Assembly: GCA_965207065.1 (NCBI GenBank)
Contig: OZ242260.1
Span: 1,536,001-1,600,000 of the forward strand
DNA length: 64,000 nt
Direction of reading: 5' to 3'
Source of the DNA: a bacterium
GTDB taxonomy: Bacteria; UBA8248
The position numbers and the translations under genes are program-made. Numbering within the stretch: position 1 is the first letter of the stretch; every line of letters begins with the position of its first letter. Below, one piece after another: positions 9,266 through 16,595 of this stretch. The notes below the pieces were generated by a model. The model was not told the DNA's origin and did not search any database. It saw only the letters and a list, made by a program, of their open reading frames with translations.

Positions 9266-9938
9266 CGGTTTTGCTGCTTCTTCATGAAATTTTTCACCCT
9301 GATCGATCGCAAAACGGGCCGGAAAAATCCCGTTTTCTGCATCGGGTGCACTACATTTTGAGCGCGTGCACCTTCAAATTGCCCCGGCCCATGAGATACC
9401 AGACTGGTATCCATCATAGCGCAGCGCAGGCCTGCTCGATACCAATTCAGTATCTCCGCAGGGGAAAGGCCATTCGCTGCTACCGCCGGTCACTCGATCC
9501 ATCCATATGAGGGGCAAGCGGAGCGCAGGCATTCGCATCATGGGCGACCCGCCACCTGAAAGATATCAGGATGGTATTACATTTTCCGGCGCGACGGGAG
9601 CACTCAGGAATACGAATTTTCACGGCATACTGCACGCAGTCGTATCACTGTAACACCAGCATCAGCGATGCGTCGGGTGTACTGAAAGAAACGCCGAAGG
9701 GCGGCTAGCGCAGGGATTCTTAGGAACGCGAGTCGAGGGGAATCATGCCGGTGAGAATGGCGAGCGGGAGCCGTCGCGGCGATTGAGCGCGAGGAGCAAT
9801 GCGGGGAGTTGTTCCTGCGGCAAGACCAGTGGAGTCTTCATCGTTGCCGGCGCAAGCGGCGCGAGCGTTGGTCGACGAGACGCAAAGGGCCGCGCCGCCG
9901 CCGGGCGGGGTGGCGACGCGACCCGAGGTGTTTTCGCG

Positions 9939-10898
9939 TCAGGCTGCAACGCGCTGGACGGGGATACCGAGGGTTTTAGCTTTGTCGACGAGGTTGTCGG
10001 TGATGCCCGAACCCGGGAACGCGATCACGCCCTTGGGCAGGAGTGCGAGGAGTTCGTCGTTCCTGCGGAAGGGAGCGGCCCTGCCGTGGGCGTCCCAATC
10101 CGGTTTGCAGACGACCTGGTGGACGCCGTTCCGCTCGGCCCATCCCGCCGCTATCTTCTCCGCACCGGGGCCGCCGCCGTGGACGAGAACGACGTCGGCG
10201 TACTTGGCCTTGACCTTGTCGAGGTGGCCGATGATTTTGCCCGCATCGCTCGCCTCCTTGCCTCCCGCGACGGCGACGAGGGTTCCCTGGGGCAAGTGGG
10301 CCGTGTTCTCGCGGTCCTTTCTGGCTCGCTGGAAGTCGCGCGCCTCGATGACAGCGGAGGTGAGCTTGCCGGTCTGGCTGACGTGGGAACCTCGCCTCGG
10401 CCGCCATACCTCGCCGGTCTCGATGCGGTAGGCTTCTGCTGCCGTGTCCCTGAGTCCCTCGAAGGCGTCCCTGCGCTCCGTGAGGTTGTTGGCCCGGTCG
10501 GTCTTGAGTTCGAGTTCACGCGACCTGATCTCGGAGCCGTCCTGCTCACGCTGTAGTTCGCGGACCCCGGGGATGAGCCTGTCGGCGGCGCGGTCGAGGC
10601 GTTGTGTCTGTGCGTCCAGGGTGTTGACGAAGCCCCAGAGGAGGTTTCTTCGCTCATCCGCGAGCTGCGTTCCATCGGGCACGGCTTCTGCGAGTGCGCT
10701 GAAGGCCTTGATGACGGCGGCGGTTGCTTCGCCCTCGTCCCACACGGGGCGGTTGTCGAACTCATCAGGCCCGGGCGTGGCGCCGAACAGGGCGGCCTGC
10801 TCGCAGACCATGGCGGTGAAGGATTCGTTCTGCGCTTCGTGTTCCGTGTGCTCGTGCATGTTCATCTCCTTGTGGTCATGAGTCGCGGTGGCAGTCAT
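9939..10898 (-). CDS. DUF2493 (YspA/SLOG-like) domain protein typical of ICEs/plasmids
   Basis: LLWGFVN, TGEVWRPRRGS, VLVHGGGPGAEKIAAGWAERNGVHQVVCKPDWDAHGRAAPFRRNDELL, IAFPGSGITDNLVDKA. AAGGAG RBS. Confidence 0.85.
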   Translation of the reverse strand: MTATATHDHKEMNMHEHTEHEAQNESFTAMVCEQAALFGATPGPDEFDNRPVWDEGEATAAVIKAFSALAEAVPDGTQLADERRNLLWGFVNTLDAQTQRLDRAADRLIPGVRELQREQDGSEIRSRELELKTDRANNLTERRDAFEGLRDTAAEAYRIETGEVWRPRRGSHVSQTGKLTSAVIEARDFQRARKDRENTAHLPQGTLVAVAGGKEASDAGKIIGHLDKVKAKYADVVLVHGGGPGAEKIAAGWAERNGVHQVVCKPDWDAHGRAAPFRRNDELLALLPKGVIAFPGSGITDNLVDKAKTLGIPVQRVAA

Positions 10899-10947
10899 CG
10901 TTCACTCCTTTCAGTGATTGGGTTTTCAGCCGTTGGTTCGGTTGTCC

Positions 10948-11319
10948 TCAAGCGAGGGGATGGTTGAATTCGGGAAGAGCGAAGCCACGCTCGTTGCGCC
11001 CCACTTCTTTGGGCATCTCGTCGAGATATTTGGCTGCCCACTCGGCGGCGCGTGCGAGGACGTCGCCGTGGCACGGGAGGGGCCAGCAGTGACAGCCGAG
11101 CTCGCAGCCAAGGAGGTCGGCGAGTTCGTAGAGGTCGAGCTCCTGGCGCTGGATTTTTCCCCACAGCCATCGCCGGTATTTCTCGATCACGACGTCGCGG
11201 TCGCCGTCGGCACCGACCCGGAAGGGGTTTCCCCACTTCGTCATGCGGTCGATCCTGACCAGCAAGCCACTGCCGTTTTCTGCGATATAGTCGTTCAGGT
11301 TCACCACGGTGGTTTCCAT
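10948..11319 (-). CDS. DUF4326 domain protein
   Basis: RIDRMTKWGNPF...VIEKYRRWL...LGCHCWPLPCHGDVL. AGGAG RBS. Confidence 0.85.
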   Translation of the reverse strand: METTVVNLNDYIAENGSGLLVRIDRMTKWGNPFRVGADGDRDVVIEKYRRWLWGKIQRQELDLYELADLLGCELGCHCWPLPCHGDVLARAAEWAAKYLDEMPKEVGRNERGFALPEFNHPLA

Positions 11320-11354
11320 GCCTTTCTCCTTTCCAGAGAGTTAACGGATATGCT

Positions 11355-11585
11355 TCTTAGCGCCTCATTTTCAGCACGTAAGGGCATCGGGCGGTGTTGC
11401 CGATGCCCGTAGGCGGGCGAATCAAGGGCTTGTCATTTTCCGGGGGGTTCCCGAAAAACACGGTTCATAGAGCGGCGCTCCTGTTTTTTGCCGCTCGACG
11501 TTTTTGGGGGGGCACCGGCAAATGATGGCCGCTTGCGGCCACCCTTTATTCGCTCGGCGTTCGTGCTAAAATGAGGACGCTAAGA
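11355..11585. promoter_or_regulatory. Large branched inverted repeat; candidate Frpo-like ssDNA promoter
   Basis: Arms 11355-11378/11562-11585, 11414-11428/11542-11556 and 11431-11459/11500-11528. The right arm carries TTTATT-N16-TAAAAT with an extended -10 TG. Confidence 0.65.
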
Positions 11586-11934
11586 GAGAGACATCAGTAC
11601 CGCCACCGGGACACAAGAGTTTTTGGTGTTTCACGATGAAGGCGAAGCTCATCGGGAAACATCCCTTCATGCTGCGGAAAGGGTCATTTCGGGCCGTTTT
11701 TTCCGGCCCGAAATTCCCGCAGCGGGGGGTGGACCGAGCCACTGTCTTGAGTATGGAGTGAGTGCAGGCGCCTGCAGATCTTCCGTGAACATGGTTTACC
11801 GTTCACGGAACCGGAGATTCCTCGGGTGCTCCCGGTAGACGAGAGAAGCCGACAAGGCGGGAAAGACGAGTGCCTCATCCATGGCTGCGGGAGAGGGTGT
11901 TCGGGGCATGACGGACCTCCTCTGGATAACAAGC

Positions 11935-11968
11935 AAAAAAAGGGGCCGGCGCCGTAACGCCGACCCCC
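11935..11968 (-). terminator. Rho-independent terminator after ssb
   Basis: GC hairpin followed by T7 on the minus strand. Confidence 0.75.
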
Positions 11969-11976
11969 CGGGGTGA

Positions 11977-12417
11977 TCAGAATGGAATGTCTTCGCCCAC
12001 TACGCCTGCCGCCACCACCGCCGTCTCGGGGTGCGCGCCATTGCCGTTGCCATTTCCGTTCCCGTTCATCTTCTCCAGGAACTGCACCCGCCCGCCGGGC
12101 GCGATGAGGATCTCGGTCGAGAACCGGTCCGAGTCTTCCTCGTCCTTCTTCCAGCGCCTGGTCTGGAGCTTGCCCGCGACGTAGACCAAGCGGCCCTTCT
12201 TCGCGTGCTTTTCGAACATGTCCACCAGGCCCGGCTGGAAGGTGACGACCCGGTGCCACTCGGTCTTGTCCACCCGATCGCCGGACTGCTTGTCGACGTA
12301 GCCCTCGTCGGTGGCGATCGAGAGGTTGGCGACGCGTCCGCCGCTCGCGAGATGGTTGATGGTGACGTCGGCGCCGAGACGCCCGATCAGTTCCGCTCTG
12401 TTGAGTCCGAATGCCAT
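11977..12417 (-). CDS. ssb: Single-stranded DNA-binding protein (mobile-element type)
   Basis: LNRAELIGRLGAD, TEWHRVV, KGRLVYVAGKLQTRRW, C-terminal DIPF. Confidence 0.95.
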   Translation of the reverse strand: MAFGLNRAELIGRLGADVTINHLASGGRVANLSIATDEGYVDKQSGDRVDKTEWHRVVTFQPGLVDMFEKHAKKGRLVYVAGKLQTRRWKKDEEDSDRFSTEILIAPGGRVQFLEKMNGNGNGNGNGAHPETAVVAAGVVGEDIPF

Positions 12418-12495
12418 TTTGATTCTCCTTGAAGTGTAGTGTGGATGATAAAGTCGAGGAGCCGGAAATCCTTTCTCTCCGCCCCCCGGTTCGCC

Positions 12496-12630
12496 CTAAA
12501 CGCTACAGAACTCCTCCGTCTCGCCTTGCGCCTCGTCGCGCAGCTTGCGGATCGTGTACGCGTCGAGTCCGAGTTCTGCGAGCAACTCATCTGCGGTGGG
12601 AATGTCGACGTCGTAGTCGTTCTCGTACAT
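12496..12630 (-). CDS. Small acidic protein (44 aa)
   Basis: GAGGAGG RBS, then MYENDYDVDIPTADELLAELGLDAYTIRKLRDEAQGETEEFCSV. Below the ORF-track length cutoff. Confidence 0.6.
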   Translation of the reverse strand: MYENDYDVDIPTADELLAELGLDAYTIRKLRDEAQGETEEFCSV

Positions 12631-12814
12631 GGCCAGGCCTCCTCTCGCGTTGTCGCCGGCGGCGGGAACTGGAGACCGTCTCCCTCTCCCTACCGGGCAT
12701 TTGCCCGGCTCTCCGCTTCACTCTCACTCTCGAGGGGAGGTCTTCATCCGGCGGGGAGCGCTCACGGAACGCGCCTGCCCTTGCATCGGGCCCTGAATTA
12801 TTGTCGGATGAGGC

Positions 12815-13231
12815 ATGGACGGACGAAGGCGCACGGGAAGATTCAGGTTCTGGTTACCGGCGCTCCTGTGGCTGCCGGCGGGGATGATTGCGGGCGAGGT
12901 TCTGCGCACGGGCTCAGCGGAGCAGGTGATGACACCCTCCTCGCTCATGGAGTTGCCGGCGGTTGCTCCGTTCGGCCTGCCGCTGGCGCTCGCCTGCCGG
13001 AGGCTGGCCCGCTCGGGCTATCCGGGTCCCGCCCTGGTGGCGTGGTTGGCGCTAGGAGCCGCCGCTGTGGCGGACCTCCCCGGTGCGCTGCCCGTCGGCG
13101 TTCAGGTGATCCTGGTCTCTCTTCCGGTCTGGCTGGCGGCGTGGCGGCTCACGCCGCGGCCCCGCGGCCCGGGATTCGCCCCCTCGTCACGACGACCGGA
13201 GAGCCGGAGGTTTCGCGGTCCGTTCCGGTGA
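12815..13231 (+). CDS. Hypothetical membrane protein
   Basis: Several hydrophobic segments; GAGG upstream. Confidence 0.5.
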   Translation: MDGRRRTGRFRFWLPALLWLPAGMIAGEVLRTGSAEQVMTPSSLMELPAVAPFGLPLALACRRLARSGYPGPALVAWLALGAAAVADLPGALPVGVQVILVSLPVWLAAWRLTPRPRGPGFAPSSRRPESRRFRGPFR

Positions 13232-13374
13232 CGGTCGTCAAACCCTCCCTCCCCGGCCGGGTCTGACCCTCCGTCGGCGGCCGGCCGGCTGCGCAGCAGG
13301 GCGACGCCGTACCCTCCCTCCCCGCTCGGTTCCGGCCCCCGCCGTCGGGCGGACGGCTGCATGTGCAGGCGCGC

Positions 13375-14190
13375 TCACCAGGGAGCCGCGGTGAGTTTCG
13401 CCATCACGGAGATATCCTCAACCACCTCGACCTCCTCCCGGGAGAGTTTCGCGAAGGCGAGGCACATCGCCACCTCCTCCCAGGAGTCCAACGGTCCGTG
13501 CTCGATACCCGTGGCGAGCTCCACAACTGTGTAGCGTGGTGGATGGACGGGCATCCCCCTGTGCACGCCCGAGGAGTGCCAGGAGCGCGAAGCGCAACGG
13601 GCGCACCTGGCAGCTCCATCAGTCGGCGATGAGCAGTCAACACATGCCACGCGAGCGCGCCTTGCATGATAGCGTGCCCGGCTCGCGGCGTTCTTGCGCG
13701 GACGGCGCTTCGAATCCCTTGCGGTGCACGAAGCGCAAGTAGAAGCGTTGTCGATTACTTCCGCCCCGCACCGTCCGCATCGCCCCCCGGCGCGCCTTTC
13801 GGCGTAGAGCTTCCTCTCGGCCGCCCGGCGTTCTTCGCGGCAGGGCGTGCAGACCGCGCTTCCTACAACGGGCGCCTGCCGTCCGCACATCGCACAGAGG
13901 CCCGCCTCGCGTCGTTCGCGTCTTCGCCTCCTGTTCCTCTCCCGCGCCATGCGCCGGCGGCTCTCGGGATCCCGCCCGCCATATCGAGTACCCTCTGATT
14001 TGGCTCTGGCGTATCGGGCTTGTTCGGACTTGCGTCCTCTCTTGAGGCAGTTCGCGCAGAGGCTTCGCTCGGGCACGGGAGGATGTTTGCCGCACCTGGG
14101 GCACATGCCCCGCGCGCGGCGCTCGGCCGCGCTTCTCCTGTGGCGTTCGCGCTCATAGGCGCGCCTGGTTTCCGGATCCTTGTGAGGCAT
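13375..14190 (-). CDS. Arg-rich protein with repeated CxxC zinc-finger-like motifs
   Basis: CPRC/CANC, CAMC/CTPC, CGRC/CASC, CVDC/CARC. GAGGA RBS. Confidence 0.65.
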   Translation of the reverse strand: MPHKDPETRRAYERERHRRSAAERRARGMCPRCGKHPPVPERSLCANCLKRGRKSEQARYARAKSEGTRYGGRDPESRRRMARERNRRRRRERREAGLCAMCGRQAPVVGSAVCTPCREERRAAERKLYAERRAGGRCGRCGAEVIDNASTCASCTARDSKRRPRKNAASRARYHARRARVACVDCSSPTDGAARCARCASRSWHSSGVHRGMPVHPPRYTVVELATGIEHGPLDSWEEVAMCLAFAKLSREEVEVVEDISVMAKLTAAPW

Positions 14191-14702
14191 GGGATTTTCC
14201 TCATGTGTCGGTGAAGTCGTACGGCCGGCAGTGGGCCGGCCAGACGTCTTGCGGGCTCATCCCCGGCTCATCATCTGTCCCCAGACGAGGTGCTCGCCCC
14301 ACAGTTGCAGGCCGCTGGCGGGGATTTTGATCCCCGTACAAATGATGAGCTCGTCCCGGGCGGGACGCATCTCCCTGACAACACGCCGCGAGGCCGTCAC
14401 GCGTTTTCTTCTGCGCCCCGCGCTCTCCCCTGCGGGCAGGGGTCTGAGTTCACCCCCGCCCGAGGATTTGTAGCGCCTTACCTCGTAACGCTCGTCCGCC
14501 AGGCCCTGTCCCAAGAGATGGGTGAGGAAGGGTGCTTTCGTCTTCTCGTCTTCCCCGTACAAATGATGAGGTTTCCGAGGATTTGTAGCATCGCGCGCCT
14601 CCTTGCAAAGGTGAATGATGGCGGCGGAAGCGAGCCTCTCCCGGCCCTCTTCCGCCGCCCCCTCCCGGCCAGGCTCCGCCTCTCCGAGGCGCGAGGCGGG
14701 GA

Positions 14703-15035
14703 TCAGGGAGCCGGGTCGTGACCGTGAAGCTCCTGCTCTTCGAGGTCGCGGAGGTGTGCGTAGCGTCCGGTCCTCGTCGTCCAGTCGAAGCGCTCGCCGT
14801 GATCGTCGGGGAGCCGGTAGCGGGTGAAGGCCGTCCAGTCCCCATGGCGGAACCCCCGCCACAGGACGCACGAGAGGGCGGCGATGAAGGCCCAGAGAGC
14901 CGCACAGAACCAGACGTCCCAAAGGAGGCGGAGTCCGCTCCCGGCCGCGAGAGAGAAGATCGTGGCGAGGAGCGCGAGAGCGGGTCCCGCCAGAACGAGG
15001 GCCCGGGCGTATGGGGAAGGATTCGGGTCACTCAT
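14703..15035 (-). CDS. Hypothetical membrane protein
   Basis: GGAGG RBS; two TM segments; WRGFRHGDW motif. Confidence 0.5.
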   Translation of the reverse strand: MSDPNPSPYARALVLAGPALALLATIFSLAAGSGLRLLWDVWFCAALWAFIAALSCVLWRGFRHGDWTAFTRYRLPDDHGERFDWTTRTGRYAHLRDLEEQELHGHDPAP

Positions 15036-15416
15036 GGGTCGCGCCTCCAGGGATGCGGGTGAGGGGAATGCGGGCGCCGCCCGGCCTCTCCGGCCAGGCT
15101 CCCGCACCCCCTGACGGCCCGGCTCCGCCTCTCGCCGGCGCGGCAGCGGTCTTCGCGGAACCCCTGACGTCCTCATCCCGAGTAGACGCGTATGCGCCGT
15201 TTCGAAGGATGGGGGGGCACATCTGCCCGGCGGGCGCGAACTTCGCCGTTCGACGGGCTCGGGACAGCCCCTTCGATACGCGGCTTCGCCGCTACTCCGG
15301 CCGAGGCGGAGCGGCGGCCGTCCCGGGATGAAAATGAATTTCCGTCATTCCCGGACCCGGAAGTTGCGCATCCACTATTAAAGATGCATGTTATATATGT
15401 ATTTGGAGGGTGTCTG

Positions 15417-15782
15417 ATGAGGCTTACGGTTCAGACAGTCTACGCTCTCAGGATGCTCATGCACCTGTCCTGCCACTCCGGCGCTCTGGTCACGATCCAC
15501 GAGATCGCGGAGCGATACGGGATATCGAAAAATCATCTGATGAAGGTCGCGCATTCATTGAGGCGCGCAGGGTTTGTCGAAACGAACCGGGGCGGCGGGC
15601 TTCGGCTCTCGAAACCGGCGAAGGCGATTCTTGTGGGAGCCGTGGCGAGACGAATGGAACAGGGCAGCGCGCTCGTCGAATGCTTTCCCGGGGCAGAAAG
15701 GGATGCCTGGTCGCGCCGATGTTGCGTGCCGCCGTCATTGGCGCATCACGCAGTTCCGGATGGGAGGATTCCACATGATTGA
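15417..15782 (+). pseudogene. Rrf2-family regulator (NsrR-like), C-terminally frameshifted
   Basis: MRLTVQTVYALRMLM...IAERYGISKNHLMKV...GGGLRL...LVECF. The expected next Cys segment (GCLV) lies in another frame. Confidence 0.75.
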
Positions 15783-16056
15783 GAATGTGCCGGCGGGACT
15801 CGTCAGATTCTACGGAAGCAAAGTATTCACCGGGAAGACGGTTCCCCAAAAACCCGGGACCCTGCACGATGCGAAGCCCGGCATCCGGGGCGGAATCGTG
15901 GTTCCTGACGGTTGCCTCGACCATGTCGTTCCGTATTCGCCCGAGCGGCGTCGCCGCCTCGAGACCGGCGACTACGGCGTCATCCGGCCTGCCGGGCCCC
16001 GCCGCGTGGGACTTCCCGGAAAAGTTCGGTTCAAGCTGGAATTCACCGGCGCATAG
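15775..16056 (+). CDS. DUF1971 (YeaR/TehB-N-like) cupin, degenerate
   Basis: VPAGLVRF...VFTGKTVP...HDAKPGIRGGIVV...GVIRP...VRFKLEF. GGAGG RBS. Confidence 0.6.
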   Translation: MIENVPAGLVRFYGSKVFTGKTVPQKPGTLHDAKPGIRGGIVVPDGCLDHVVPYSPERRRRLETGDYGVIRPAGPRRVGLPGKVRFKLEFTGA

Positions 16057-16595
16057 ACACGGACCGGAATTCGCCCGGACGCGCAGCCGCGTCGGGGCGC
16101 CTCGCCCCCTCTCATCCGTTGCAGTACGCCCGCGAGGCCCGGGAGTGGCGCAGATCATGGATCCGCACGCCCTTAATGCCCGCGCGCTCCCTTATGAGAC
16201 GTCAGGCCCCGTCGACGTTCCTTAAGCGCGTCCCCGGCTTCCTGCCGGGGGTCACCCAGGTCTCCCCGGGGTGGGCGGGAGACCCGGGAAGAGTTTGAAC
16301 GCGGGCCCTGAGAGCGAAACGACCCGCGCGCCCGCCTTGGAGTCTTAATGCCAGAAAGATCAAAAATCAGGAGTATGAATCAATAAGTTGGAACCAATGC
16401 GAAACTGAGTGGAATCAGGAACTCTGTCAGCCGCAGGAGTCAAGATTTGCGGCATCGCACGTTCCTGATGGTGCGGATGCGTTCCTGTGAACATACCGGG
16501 CCGTTGCGACAAAGCGCAGAATGCGGATAACATCGAGGATCATCAACTCTGGACTTCGCCGATTCGTTTGCGTTTACCGGGAAAGGAAAATTACG

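Noticed and set aside
12640-12815. Third ssDNA-promoter hairpin upstream of the acidic ORF and ssb
   Set aside because: Only short stems, and the -35/-10 spacing is unconvincing.
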